Part shown: in pieces, positions 36,276-47,472 of the stretch
Layout of the letters: every line of letters begins with the position of its first letter
How positions within the stretch are numbered: position 1 is the first letter of the stretch
NCBI GenBank assembly: GCA_052033955.1
Contig: JBPOJD010000017.1
Location: 70,636-134,635, forward strand
DNA length: 64,000 nt
DNA from: Candidatus Hydrogenedentota bacterium
GTDB lineage: Bacteria; Hydrogenedentota; Hydrogenedentia; Hydrogenedentales; SLHB01
Reading direction: 5' to 3'
Position numbers and translations under genes: made by a program
Notes under the pieces: generated by a model
The model's input: only the letters and a program-made list of their open reading frames with translations
Database searches by the model: none
What the model was told of the DNA's origin: nothing

Positions 36276-37415
36276 TCATGTGAACATACCCCTGCGGACC
36301 TGTGTATTCAACAAGACGCCGATACACATCATGGTCGTGAGGTAGAAAGAGCCGCCATAGCTGAGAAAGGGCAGTGGAATGCCTGTCACGGGCATCAATC
36401 CCAGCGTGATGGCGACGTTCACAAAGACATGGAATCCCAATAGTGTCATGACTCCGGTGACCAACAGGACACCGGACAGCTCGGGGCAGTTGCGGGCGAA
36501 GTTCAGGCCCCGCAGAAACAGGGCCAGGAACAGCCCCAGCACGCCGGCGGCCCCCAGGAAGCCGAACTCCTCCGCCACCACCGAAAAGATGAAATCGGTG
36601 TGGTGCTCGGGCAGGTAGCGAAGCTGGATCTGGGTGCCGTTGAGATACCCCTTGCCCGAAAGACCGCCGCTGCCTACGGCGATCTTGCTTTGAATGGTGT
36701 GCCACCCCGACCCTTTGGGATCGGCCTCGGGGTTGACGAATGCCACCAGACGCCTTTGCTGATAGGGCTCGAGCGTCTTGTAGGCGATTGGCATGGCCGC
36801 CAGGCCAAGAATGACGATGACGGCCAGGTGCCAGCGCTTGCACCCGGCCACGTAGAGCATGGCCAGGGTGATGGGGCCCAGGACGGCGGCCGTGCCGAGA
36901 TTGGGCTGCTTGAGGATGAGCAGCATCGGCACGACCGTGATAACGAAGGTGAGCGCAAAGTACGGAAGCTGGCGCACACGCTTGCCGATGGTCGTGAGAT
37001 ACCAGGCAAGCATGAATATCAGCACGAGTTTGGTCTGTTCGGAGGGCTGGATGCGGAACGGGCCGACCACCAGCCACCGCTGGCCGCCCTTGTGCACCGA
37101 ACCGACGATCAGCGTGGCCACGAGAAGGATGATCGCGACGGTGTAGAACGCGGGGGCCAGGCTGACGAGCACGCGATGGTCGATGCAGACGATCGCCAGG
37201 ACGACCATCACGCCAGCCAGGAAGAACAGCGCCTGCTTGACGTAGTACGGTAGGCCGCTGTAGCCGGTGTTGCTGGCACTGTAGAGCGCCACGAGTCCCA
37301 CAATGGCGAGCGCCAGGACGATGAGGGCCAGCAGCCAGTCAATATGGCGGACGTTGCGGATGTTGAAGATGCCGATTCGCGCATCGAGGTAATCGGCTCC
37401 GCCCAGCGTTCTCAT
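36276..37415 (-). CDS. rodA: SEDS-family peptidoglycan glycosyltransferase RodA
   Basis: 379 aa, a 10-TM SEDS protein (GSGWHTIQSKIAVGSGGLSGKGYLNG) immediately downstream of mrdA in an mre operon. The start overlaps the mrdA stop. Confidence 0.85.
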   Translation of the reverse strand: MRTLGGADYLDARIGIFNIRNVRHIDWLLALIVLALAIVGLVALYSASNTGYSGLPYYVKQALFFLAGVMVVLAIVCIDHRVLVSLAPAFYTVAIILLVATLIVGSVHKGGQRWLVVGPFRIQPSEQTKLVLIFMLAWYLTTIGKRVRQLPYFALTFVITVVPMLLILKQPNLGTAAVLGPITLAMLYVAGCKRWHLAVIVILGLAAMPIAYKTLEPYQQRRLVAFVNPEADPKGSGWHTIQSKIAVGSGGLSGKGYLNGTQIQLRYLPEHHTDFIFSVVAEEFGFLGAAGVLGLFLALFLRGLNFARNCPELSGVLLVTGVMTLLGFHVFVNVAITLGLMPVTGIPLPFLSYGGSFYLTTMMCIGVLLNTQVRRGMFT

Positions 37416-39364
37416 TCGCGGTCCTCTGTCCGGAGTGTAAAGATCTCCTGTGGAGTGTCGCTGTACCCTTCACGGCCATAATAATAATCGATAATCTCTT
37501 TTGCCAGCGGGGCGGCGCCGGTACTGCCGTGCAGTCCGTGCTCGACAAGGATGCACATGGCCAGCCGCGGCTCGCGATCAAGTACCCCGGCGACAAACCA
37601 CGCGTGGTCACGCAGGGCGTAGGGGATATCCAGCTCGTTCTCGTAATGCGCGTAGTGCTCGCGGCCCACCCGCTGTGCGGTGCCCGTCTTGCCCAGCACG
37701 GTGATGCCCGGAACCCGGGCGAGACGACCCGTTCCACTCGGCGCGGTCTGTTTTTCAACGCATTTCTGCAGTCCGGCGCGGACCAACTGAAGGGTGCGCT
37801 CGCTCACCAGCGGTTCCGACACATCCGGGGCAACCGCGTCGGCATTCAGGAACGGCTTGACGACCCGGCCGCCGTTGACCACCGACGCCATCATCACGGC
37901 GCCCTGAAGCGGCGTGATGGTCAAGTATCCTTGACCAATGGCGAGGTCGCAGGTTTCCGCCGGGTACCACTGGCGCCGCCACGGCTCGCCGCCGGGGAAG
38001 TTCTCGACCTTCCACGCCTTGGAGGGCACCACGCCCGGGACCTCGCCGGACAGGTCGAGGCCGCTGGGACCGCCAAACCCGAAGCGCCGGGCCCACTCGT
38101 GGATGCGATCCACTCCCAACTCGAGGCCGACGTTGTAGTAATAGACGTCGCACGAAAACGCCAGACTGTCCTCCACGGAGATGTTGCCGTGTCCGCCGCG
38201 GCGCCAGCAGCGTTTGCTGTGATTGCCGAGGGAAAACACCCCCGGGCAGTAGTGGGTGGAGTGTTCGCTTACGACACGCTCCTCAAGCGCCGCCATGGCG
38301 ACAAGGATCTTGAATATCGATCCCGGCGCGAGGGCCTCCTGGTAGCACCGGTTGCGCATCGGCCTGACGGGGTCGCTCAACGCGGCGAGGCGTTCATTGT
38401 TGAAGCCGGTCGTCACGAAAATGTTGGGGTCGTACCCGGGCGCACTGGACAGCGCCAGCACGGCGCCGGTGTCGGCGTTCAGAATGGCGATGGCGCCCTG
38501 TTCGCCCTTGAGCAGCCGCTCGGCCAAGTCCTGAAGCCCCACGTCGATGGTCACGTGGATGGGTTCGCCGGCCACCGGGGGAAGGCGGAAATCCTTCTCT
38601 TCCTTGATGGGGCGGCCGAAGCTGTCGAACTGGATGGTGGGGTTGCCGTAGGCGTCCGTGCGCAGCTGCGGCACGCCCGAGGCGTAGCGGTTGACCAGCA
38701 GATGGCCGTCGGTGCCGCGAAGGGTGTCCTCGTACACGCGCTCGAGGCCCGCCTGGCCGATGAGATCCCCCATCGAGTACTCTGGGCGGCGCTCCAGTTC
38801 GTCGGGCCCAATCTCGCCCAGATATCCGAGCAATTGCCCGGCCACCTCGCCATACGCATAGCGCCGCTGGTGGCGGACCACGGTCTGAACCCCCGGCAGC
38901 GCCCACATGTATTCTTCCACGCGGGTCAGTTTGTTCCACGATACGTCGCGCGTTACCACGATCTGGTTGTACGGCTCCCGCGCACCCGCCTTGATCTTGT
39001 CCAGCAGCGCAGCCTGCCGGTCGGGGCTCAGGCCGATGAGTTCGCCGAGGCGCCGGCAAACCTCGGGCCACTCGTCCTCGTCGCATTCGGCGGGGATGAA
39101 GACCAGGTCATGCGACACGCGGTTGTCGGCGAGGACCGCGCCATCGGCGCCATGGATGCGGCCGCGCGGGGCTTCAAGCCGCTGAAGGTGCAGGCGCTGG
39201 TTGTCTGCGCGGTTCTTGTACTCGGCCCAGTTGACAATCTGGAGGTGCCAGAGCCGCGCCGCAAGCAGCAGGAAGGCCAGTACGAAAACCCCGGCGACGT
39301 TCCGGATGCGAAGGGGAAGGTCCTCGTGGAGGGCCTTCTTGTTCTGCGCTTCGCCCAGTATCAC
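37412..39364 (-). CDS. mrdA: Penicillin-binding protein 2 (elongasome transpeptidase)
   Basis: 650 aa with an N-terminal TM anchor, a dimerisation domain and a transpeptidase domain (SIFK...SCDVYYY...KTGTAQ). The start overlaps the mreD stop. Confidence 0.9.
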   Translation of the reverse strand: MILGEAQNKKALHEDLPLRIRNVAGVFVLAFLLLAARLWHLQIVNWAEYKNRADNQRLHLQRLEAPRGRIHGADGAVLADNRVSHDLVFIPAECDEDEWPEVCRRLGELIGLSPDRQAALLDKIKAGAREPYNQIVVTRDVSWNKLTRVEEYMWALPGVQTVVRHQRRYAYGEVAGQLLGYLGEIGPDELERRPEYSMGDLIGQAGLERVYEDTLRGTDGHLLVNRYASGVPQLRTDAYGNPTIQFDSFGRPIKEEKDFRLPPVAGEPIHVTIDVGLQDLAERLLKGEQGAIAILNADTGAVLALSSAPGYDPNIFVTTGFNNERLAALSDPVRPMRNRCYQEALAPGSIFKILVAMAALEERVVSEHSTHYCPGVFSLGNHSKRCWRRGGHGNISVEDSLAFSCDVYYYNVGLELGVDRIHEWARRFGFGGPSGLDLSGEVPGVVPSKAWKVENFPGGEPWRRQWYPAETCDLAIGQGYLTITPLQGAVMMASVVNGGRVVKPFLNADAVAPDVSEPLVSERTLQLVRAGLQKCVEKQTAPSGTGRLARVPGITVLGKTGTAQRVGREHYAHYENELDIPYALRDHAWFVAGVLDREPRLAMCILVEHGLHGSTGAAPLAKEIIDYYYGREGYSDTPQEIFTLRTEDRE

Positions 39365-39867
39365 GGGAAGCTGCCCTGTGCGCCGTAGCGGCGCTGAAAG
39401 ACCAGATGGAGCAGAATGAACGCGATGGGCGTCACCACTGCGGTGTAGAAGCTCTCCGGCACCACGGATGCCGCCAGCAGGTGCAGCGCGCTGATCGACG
39501 GCTGCTGCACGTAGGCTACCGCAGTGAAGATGATCCCGTTCGCCACGCTGGCGCTGAAGACCAGCGCCATCTTGACGGCTGGGTGCTCGGTGATGAGGCG
39601 CGTCGAGATGCGGCTGACGAAATAGCCGACGATGACCAGTCCCAGCACATGATGCCCGAGGGTCCGGTGCAGTACGACATCCTGAAAGACCCCGCCGAGG
39701 AGTCCGGTGAACATGGCGCGCTCCTCGCCCTCGACGATGGCGAAGAAGACCACGAGCAGCAGCGTCAGGTCGGGCACGACACCCTGTATCTCGATGAGAT
39801 CGAGCAGCGTGGTCTCGAGGAGCGCGGTGGCGATGACCAGCACCGCCCAGACTATGTTCTTGCCCAT
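39361..39867 (-). CDS. mreD: Rod shape-determining protein MreD
   Basis: 168 aa, 5 TM helices. Sits between mreC and mrdA; its stop overlaps the mrdA start. Confidence 0.7.
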   Translation of the reverse strand: MGKNIVWAVLVIATALLETTLLDLIEIQGVVPDLTLLLVVFFAIVEGEERAMFTGLLGGVFQDVVLHRTLGHHVLGLVIVGYFVSRISTRLITEHPAVKMALVFSASVANGIIFTAVAYVQQPSISALHLLAASVVPESFYTAVVTPIAFILLHLVFQRRYGAQGSFP

Positions 39868-39886
39868 GCTGTGCTCCTAAGCGTGC

Positions 39887-40810
39887 TCATGGGGCCAGCC
39901 GCTGCTGAATCGGGCGCGTATCGGGCGCCTCATGCGCCACCGACACGACGGGAGACGGGCCCTCGGGGGCGCCGGTCGCGGTTTCCTGGTCGATCTGGGC
40001 CTGCACCAGCAGAAAGACCTCGTCCAGTTTGTACGGGTCCACGAGCGGGTCCACCTCGGCCCATTTCCACAGTGCGGCCGTGTCATGAACCGCCACGACG
40101 CGCCCGATCGGCAGGCCGGCCGGGAAGATGCTGTCGGGACTGGTCACCACGATATCCCCGGGCAGCACATCGTCCTTGAGGTCAATATATTGCATCGTGC
40201 AGAGCTGGGTCAGGTCACTGGCGGTGCCGTGGACGATGCCGTGGGCGCGGGTGCGGCGAATCATGCCGCCGATCATGCATTGCGTGTTCAGGAGCGTGAT
40301 GACCGTCGAGGTGAGCGGGTCGGCACGCACCACCACGCCCACGACGCCCTGGCCGCAGATGGCCACCATCGATTTCTTCACGCCATGCACCGAACCGCGG
40401 TCGATGATGAGCATGCCCTTGTACCGCTCAATCACGGCGACGGGTTCGAGCGTCAGCAGCGGCTCGGATCGCTGGAACGCCAGCATCTCGCGCAGCCGCT
40501 CGTTCTGTTCCCTCAATTCGTGGTAGGCCGCGACATACAGCTCGCGCGTGGCGACTTCCTGCGTGAGTTCGGTGTTGACGCGGCGCACACCCTCGTAGTC
40601 GAAGATGATTCCGCGCATATAGGCCAAGCGGCCTTCAACGCCATGGATGACCTTGAGAAAGGGATAGGCCGCAACCGATACGGTGGTCGAGGCGGTTCGG
40701 TGGAGCCGCGAGGCTTCCGTCCCCGTCGCCAAGGAGACGATCGAGGCCAGCACCAAGCCGAGAAGAACGAGTTTCGGACGGTGCTCGCTTATTCGGCGTG
40801 AAAAGGCCAA
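39887..40810 (-). CDS. mreC: Rod shape-determining protein MreC
   Basis: 307 aa with an N-terminal TM anchor, a coiled coil, and two beta-barrel MreC domains (GMLIIDRGSVHGVKKSMVAICGQGVVGVVV...GIVHG...LPGDIVVTSPDSIFPAGLPIGRV). Confidence 0.85.
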   Translation of the reverse strand: MAFSRRISEHRPKLVLLGLVLASIVSLATGTEASRLHRTASTTVSVAAYPFLKVIHGVEGRLAYMRGIIFDYEGVRRVNTELTQEVATRELYVAAYHELREQNERLREMLAFQRSEPLLTLEPVAVIERYKGMLIIDRGSVHGVKKSMVAICGQGVVGVVVRADPLTSTVITLLNTQCMIGGMIRRTRAHGIVHGTASDLTQLCTMQYIDLKDDVLPGDIVVTSPDSIFPAGLPIGRVVAVHDTAALWKWAEVDPLVDPYKLDEVFLLVQAQIDQETATGAPEGPSPVVSVAHEAPDTRPIQQRLAP

Positions 40811-40813
40811 TCG

Positions 40814-41854
<1,041 letters not shown>

Positions 41855-42079
41855 TCAACCACGGAAAAGTGTGGTGTAATTGATTCCTAACATACGGCAA
41901 GATAACGACTTAGGCCCCAAAAGCAGTCCACATTATAGCAGAAGCCCCCCGAGAATCCAAGGGATTGCCAAAAAAAGCGCACAGAGGCATCCGGCGGCCT
42001 GGGCCTGTCAGTGCACCCGGCATCCCTGCTATCATGGCCCTCCTGACACGTGCGCAGTCCGACGACGAAAGGCGGCCTC

Positions 42080-43103
42080 CATGGACAACTCTCCCGAAAC
42101 CGTTCGCACCCACGTCGACGCCGTGAACGCCCTCTCGACGGCGTTCATCCGTTCCCAGGTCCTGTTCACGGCGAATGCCTTGGATCTTTTCAGTGTCCTG
42201 GAGCACCCTTCGAGCGCGGACGAGGTGGCCCGGCAGCGGGAACTCGATCCCCGTGGCGCCCGCATGTTGCTCGACGGCCTGGTGGCCCTCGAACTGGTCA
42301 CCAAGACCGACGGGTGCTACCAGAACGGTCCCGCCGCCTCCGCATGCCTCGTGCCGGGCAAGCCGGCCTACCAGGGGCATATCGTGCGCCATCAGAGCCA
42401 CGGCTGGGGGATGTGGGGCCGCATGCCGGAGACGATTCGCACCGGGCGCGCGGTCAATACCGGCGTGTGCGAGCGGTCACCGGAGGAACTGCGCGCCTTC
42501 ATCCTGGGCATGAGCGATATCGGGCGGCAGAGCGCGGCGGACATGCTGGGAGTGCTTGATCTCTCGCCGTACCGTCACATGCTGGATCTGGGCGGCGGTC
42601 CAGGCACCTATTCGATTGCGTTTCTGAACGCGCACCCGCAGATGCGGGCGACGCTTTTTGACCGGCCCGAGGTGTGCGACATCGCGCGCGAACAGGTGGA
42701 CGCCGCAGGACTGGGCGCGCGGTTTGAATACCGGAGCGGCGACTTCGTCTCTGATCCCATCGGGGACGGGTACGACCTGATCCTGGTGTCGAACATCATC
42801 CACAGTCTGGGGGCCGAAAAGAATCAGGCGTTGATGCGGGCGTGCTTTGACGCGCTCGAGCCGGACGGGTTGCTCATCGTCAAGGATTTTCTGGTGGATC
42901 CGGACCGGAGCGGCCCGGCGTTCAGTCTCTTGTTTGCCCTGCGCATGCTGCTGGCAACCGGAGAGGGCGACACCTATACTGAAGAGGAACTGAGCGGCTG
43001 GACGCGTGCCGCGGGGTTCGGCCCGGGCAGGCTGCTGGATCTGACGCCCCAGACTCGCCTGTGGCTGGTCCGCAAGCCAACGAACGAGAGGAAGCGCGCA
43101 TGA
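42080..43103 (+). CDS. Class I SAM-dependent O-methyltransferase (family 2, with an N-terminal dimerisation/winged-helix domain)
   Basis: Starts at MDNSPETVRTHVDAV... SAM motif MLDLGGGPGTYSIAF, then DLILVSNIIHS. Divergent from mreB. The track start at 41880 has an implausible N-terminal extension. Confidence 0.7.
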
Positions 43104-44449
43104 CGACGTGGGTCAAGACGCTGGCCGTGCTGGGGCTGGCCGGCCTGGCCGGCTGTGCCACAACGGGTCTGTCCGAGAAGGCGGTGTTGACCGCCAAGGA
43201 CCGGGTCGCGCCCGCGATGGTGCATATCCGGCCGGTCAAGGAGGTCTTCGCCGGGGGGCAGCGTGTCGAGATGGTGTTCGTGGGCAGCGGTTTCATCATC
43301 CATCCCGACGGCTACGTCGTCACGAACGAACACGTGGCCAGCGAGGCCGATCAGGTGCGGTGCGTGCTGTCCACGAACGAGGAACTCGAGGCCGAAGTGG
43401 TGGGCATCGATCCGGGCGTGGACCTGGCGGTGCTGAAACTGAAGGCGCCGGACGGCCGGCGCTTCCCGGTGGCCAGGCTGGGCACCTCGGAGGGCCTCAC
43501 GGCCGGCCAGACGGTGCTGGCGCTGGGCAGTCCGCATGGACTCGCGCGATCCGTGTCGCGTGGCATCATCAGCGTGCCCGACCGGTACCTTGCGTCCGGC
43601 GACGAGATGGCCTCTGACTACCACAACTGGATTCAGACCGATGCCGCCATCAACCGCGGCAACAGCGGCGGCCCGCTGGTCAACCTGCGCGGCGAGGTGA
43701 TAGGCATCAACACGCGCAAGCTCGCCAGTGCGGACAACGTCGGATTCGCCATACCAATCGATATCGCCAAGGCGTCCATCGACGAGATCATTCGCACCGG
43801 CCGGGTCTCACGGAGCTGGATCGGCATCAGCCTCCAGGAAATGCGGCGCAAGACCGACGACCCCACGCAGGAAGGCGTAGTCGTGGCCGATGTCGATCCG
43901 CTGTCTCCCGCACGGGAGGCGGGCATCCTGCCCGGAGACGTGCTGCTGAGCGTCGGGGAACAGCGCACCAATGCCCGCTATCCCGAGGAACTGCCCGCGC
44001 TTCGCCGTCTGCTCGCGGACCTGGCCATCGGCGAGCCCGTCTCGGTGGTGATCAGCCGGGGAAGCGAGCGCCAGACGCTTCCGGTGACGCCCGTCGAGAA
44101 GCGGCTCTACCAAGGCAGACAGACCGAACTGGGCGACTGGGGTTTCACGGCCTCGGACGTCACGCCCGATATTGTTCGGCAGGCCCAGCTCACGTCGGGC
44201 GAGGGTGTGTTCGTCTCGGGCGTGCAGCCGGGGAGCCTTGCGGCCAACGCGGGCCTGCGCCCCGGGGATATCATCCTTACGATGGATGACGAGCCCGTGC
44301 GCGACATGGCGGGTCTCGAGGTCCGCTATCGCGACGCACAATCGTCGCGGCAACGGCTTGTCCTGCTGGAGATCAAGCGCGGCGCCCTGATGCGCTACGT
44401 CCTGATCCAGCAGTCCCCGCACCCTGACGCGGACGAAATTGGCGAGTAA
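43100..44449 (+). CDS. htrA: HtrA/DegP-family periplasmic serine endoprotease with two PDZ domains
   Basis: Starts at MTTWVKTLAVLGLAGLAGC (signal/lipoprotein-like). Catalytic triad intact: TNEHV (His), DLAVLKL (Asp), GNSGGPLVN (Ser). Two PDZ domains. ATGA overlap with the upstream methyltransferase. Confidence 0.9.
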   Translation: MTTWVKTLAVLGLAGLAGCATTGLSEKAVLTAKDRVAPAMVHIRPVKEVFAGGQRVEMVFVGSGFIIHPDGYVVTNEHVASEADQVRCVLSTNEELEAEVVGIDPGVDLAVLKLKAPDGRRFPVARLGTSEGLTAGQTVLALGSPHGLARSVSRGIISVPDRYLASGDEMASDYHNWIQTDAAINRGNSGGPLVNLRGEVIGINTRKLASADNVGFAIPIDIAKASIDEIIRTGRVSRSWIGISLQEMRRKTDDPTQEGVVVADVDPLSPAREAGILPGDVLLSVGEQRTNARYPEELPALRRLLADLAIGEPVSVVISRGSERQTLPVTPVEKRLYQGRQTELGDWGFTASDVTPDIVRQAQLTSGEGVFVSGVQPGSLAANAGLRPGDIILTMDDEPVRDMAGLEVRYRDAQSSRQRLVLLEIKRGALMRYVLIQQSPHPDADEIGE

Positions 44450-44461
44450 CGAGGAGAAACC

Positions 44462-45850
44462 ATGCGCATTTGTCTGGTCATGATCTCAACAGCGGTCATT
44501 GCCTGGGTGGCCGGGGCGTCAGAGTTTTCGCAGGCGTTTATTCAGCAGCACTATGACGCGGTGACGCCCGCGATCTGTGTGGTCGACTACACCACCAGCG
44601 TCACAGCGGCGTCCGGCGAGGTCACCAAACGCCAGGTTTCCGCGCCCGGCCTGCTCGTCAATCCGGACGGCCTGGTCATGACGCACGGCCACATGGTGCT
44701 CGACAACACCGACCCCGTCAACGTGCGGGTGACGGTGGGACGGGGCGACGCCCAGCGCGAGTATCCCGCCCGCCTGCTGCGCAAACCGGAGGACGTGAAC
44801 CTCGTCTTTCTCCAAATCGACAGCGCCGAAGGCGTCCAGTTTCCGTACGTGCGTTTTCAGGACACGCCGCTGGCGCTTGGGCAGCCGGTGCTGCTCTTTG
44901 GCGTTCTGACGGAGCCGTTTGATTTTCACCCCGCGTTCAACCTGCGCCAGGTCGGCGCCGTCCTGCCGAAGCCGCGCACGACGTATGTGCTCGACCTGCC
45001 GCTGCCTGTCGGGTACATGACGGCGCCGGTGCTCGACGCCGAAGGACGGATTGCCGGCGTCGTCGGCTACGATCTCTCGCCAGCCGAAGGCGGCGAGCTG
45101 TACACGCGCCACGGCCAGCCGCTCGTCTACCAGACCGCGCTGTTTGCGCGCTACATCGCCAATCCGCCGGGGACCGAGGAGATCGGCGACACCGGCCCGG
45201 AGGCGTGGCTTGGCGTGCTCACGCAGCCGCTGACGGACAGCCTGGCGGAGTATTGGGGGCTGCCGCAGGAGGGCGGTATCGTCGTGAGCACCATCGTTCC
45301 CGGGTCGCCGGCCGAAGCGGCCGGCTTCCAGCGCGGCGATGTCATCGTGGATGTGGACGGCGTTGCCATGCGCGCGAAGCTCGACGGCGAGGTGGTGGGG
45401 TTCAGCAAGCTGGTGCGGGAACTCGGCGTGGGGAAGGACGTGACGTTCCGCTTCTACCGCGACGGTTCGATTCAGACGCTGGCCGTGACCCTTCAGGCGC
45501 GTCCGAAGACCTCGCGCGACGCCGGTGAATACGAGGACAAGGTGCTCGGGCTCGTGGTGCGCGAGCTGACGACCGACGTGCGCCTGATGTTGAATCTCGA
45601 CGAGGACGTGCAGGGCGTGATCGTGCGGCGCGTGTTGTCGGGCAGTGCCGCCGATGTGGCGGGAATGCGCGCGGGCGTGGTCGTCTTGCGCATTGGCGAT
45701 CACCCGGTCCCGGATCTCGACGCGTACAAGACGGCGTTGACGGTCCTGGCGGCGTCCGCGCCAGGGGAAGTACCCGTCTTTGCCATGTTCCGGTCGGCGA
45801 CCGGGTTTTTCCGGCTCGAGCCGCGATGGAGCCTTGGCGGTGAGCAGTAG
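44462..45850 (+). CDS. HtrA-like trypsin-fold / two-PDZ protein with a degenerate active site (putative pseudoprotease)
   Basis: Same domain order as the preceding gene. The catalytic His region is present (MTHGHMV), but GYMTAPVLD replaces GNSGGPLVN, so the nucleophilic Ser is not evident. PDZ-like cores are retained (GGIVVSTIVPGSPAEAAGFQRGDVIVDVDG). Confidence 0.7.
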   Translation: MRICLVMISTAVIAWVAGASEFSQAFIQQHYDAVTPAICVVDYTTSVTAASGEVTKRQVSAPGLLVNPDGLVMTHGHMVLDNTDPVNVRVTVGRGDAQREYPARLLRKPEDVNLVFLQIDSAEGVQFPYVRFQDTPLALGQPVLLFGVLTEPFDFHPAFNLRQVGAVLPKPRTTYVLDLPLPVGYMTAPVLDAEGRIAGVVGYDLSPAEGGELYTRHGQPLVYQTALFARYIANPPGTEEIGDTGPEAWLGVLTQPLTDSLAEYWGLPQEGGIVVSTIVPGSPAEAAGFQRGDVIVDVDGVAMRAKLDGEVVGFSKLVRELGVGKDVTFRFYRDGSIQTLAVTLQARPKTSRDAGEYEDKVLGLVVRELTTDVRLMLNLDEDVQGVIVRRVLSGSAADVAGMRAGVVVLRIGDHPVPDLDAYKTALTVLAASAPGEVPVFAMFRSATGFFRLEPRWSLGGEQ

Positions 45851-46448
45851 GACGCTGTTGGCCGCGGCCATACTCGCGCTGGTGTGCCAGGGCTGCTCTC
45901 GCGGCGGCGGGCAGGACGGACGGGATGCGTCGCTGCTCGAACTCGGTGAGCAACTGGTGCTCGAGGCGCGTTTCGACGAGGCCGTTCCGCTTTTGAAGGA
46001 GCACCTGTTGCGGTATCCCCTCGATCCGGGGGGCCATTACTATCTTGGACGCTGTTACCTCAACGTGTCCGACCCGTGGCTGTTTCCCGCCGAAGGCGAG
46101 CTGCGGACTGCCCTCATGCTCTTCCGCGACCGGGGACACCCCAACACCATCGAGCGTTTTGACGACGCCTATTTCGAGCTGTCCATCCATCTCGAGATCG
46201 CGAAGATCTACCTGCGCCAGTTCGAGGTCATGCAGCAGATCGGGGCTCCCCAGGATGCTCAGCGGGCGCTTGTGGCCCGCATGCAGGAGGAGGCTGACCG
46301 GGCCAGTGCGCTTGCTCCCGATTCGGGCGAGGTGGCGCAGCTCAAGGCCTTGATTGAGCATGCGAGGGCGATCGTGGAAGGCGATCCGCGTCGCCTCCCG
46401 CCCGTAACGCCGCCCGGGGCACCCCTGACCGAGCTGTACGCCGTCTAG
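45840..46448 (+). CDS. Secreted/lipoprotein-like hypothetical protein with a TPR-like helical region
   Basis: An in-frame GTG at 45840 gives VSSRTLLAAAILALVCQGCS (signal or lipobox-like). Helical hairpins follow (HYYLGRCYLNV...IHLEIAKIYL). No recognisable family. Confidence 0.4.
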   Translation: MSSRTLLAAAILALVCQGCSRGGGQDGRDASLLELGEQLVLEARFDEAVPLLKEHLLRYPLDPGGHYYLGRCYLNVSDPWLFPAEGELRTALMLFRDRGHPNTIERFDDAYFELSIHLEIAKIYLRQFEVMQQIGAPQDAQRALVARMQEEADRASALAPDSGEVAQLKALIEHARAIVEGDPRRLPPVTPPGAPLTELYAV

Positions 46449-46567
46449 ACGGCCCGTGTGTGCGTGAATCCGGCGCGGCCCTGGGCATTGGACCGGGGGC
46501 GGCGGTGTTAACAGGTGACGTGTGCCATGCCGGCGCGCGCCACGCTACCACAAAAGGGGAGCGCATC

Positions 46568-47335
46568 ATGCCCGTGTACAGCTACGACACCATTCACAAC
46601 GCGGCGGCCCGGTCCATCCAGGTCATCGGTCCGCTGGTCATGGAACTGCTCGATCCACGCAGCGTCGTGGACCTGGGCTGCGGCACGGGCGACTGGCTGG
46701 GGTGGTTTCACGCCCACGGGGTCGCGGATATTCTGGGTGCGGACGGCCCCTGGGTGCGCCGCGACATGTTGCAGTACCCCGCAGAGCGGCTGATCATCGC
46801 CGACCTGTCGCAGCCCTTCCGCAGCGACCGTTCCTTCGACCTGGCCGTTTCGGTGGAAGTGGCCGAGCATCTACCCGAGTCGTCCGCGGCGACCTTCGTG
46901 GCGTCCCTGTGCGGCTTGGCGCCCGCGGTGCTGTTCTCGGCGGCGGTGCCGCATCAGGGGGGGGAATACCACGTGAACGAGCAATGGCCATCCTACTGGC
47001 GGGCGCTGTTCGCCGGACACGGGTATGTGCCGGTCGACTGTTTCCGCAAGGCGCTTTGGGACAACGACGCGGCGCAATGGTGGTACCGCCAGAACATGCT
47101 GCTCTACGTGCGGCCCGAACTCCTCGACGGCCGGCCATCGCTGCGGACGGCGCACGAGGCGACGGTCCCCGGGCAGATCGATTTGATTCACCCGGTTCTG
47201 TACCTGGAAAAGGCCGGACTCGCCGCCGACCCCGACCTGCGCCGGGCGGGGTTGGGCCGTCTGCTCGCCGCATTGCCGGGCGCGGCCCGGCGGGCGCTCA
47301 AAATGTTCATCAAGCGGCTCATTGGACGGTCCTGA
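46568..47335 (+). CDS. Class I SAM-dependent methyltransferase (Methyltransf_11/23-like)
   Basis: MPVYSYD... with SAM motif I VVDLGCGTGDW and post-I acidic residue ILGADGP. The track start at 46460 adds a low-complexity leader. Confidence 0.7.
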   Translation: MPVYSYDTIHNAAARSIQVIGPLVMELLDPRSVVDLGCGTGDWLGWFHAHGVADILGADGPWVRRDMLQYPAERLIIADLSQPFRSDRSFDLAVSVEVAEHLPESSAATFVASLCGLAPAVLFSAAVPHQGGEYHVNEQWPSYWRALFAGHGYVPVDCFRKALWDNDAAQWWYRQNMLLYVRPELLDGRPSLRTAHEATVPGQIDLIHPVLYLEKAGLAADPDLRRAGLGRLLAALPGAARRALKMFIKRLIGRS

Positions 47336-47472
47336 CCAGTACCGGCGGTGGACGAATTGGTTGGGCCTTGTCTCGCGAAAACGGTCACACCGTCGTACAG
47401 CATGATCGCGTTGCATGAACTGACCGATCTCGATTCCCCATCAGGTGACCGTCCATCGTCTCTTCTGATACG

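Noticed and set aside
34521-36443. 640-aa plus-strand ORF
   Set aside because: Antisense to rng, which carries the S1, catalytic and zinc-link motifs.
36600-39388. Plus-strand ORFs 36600..37253 and 37529..39388 (619 aa)
   Set aside because: Antisense to rodA and mrdA.
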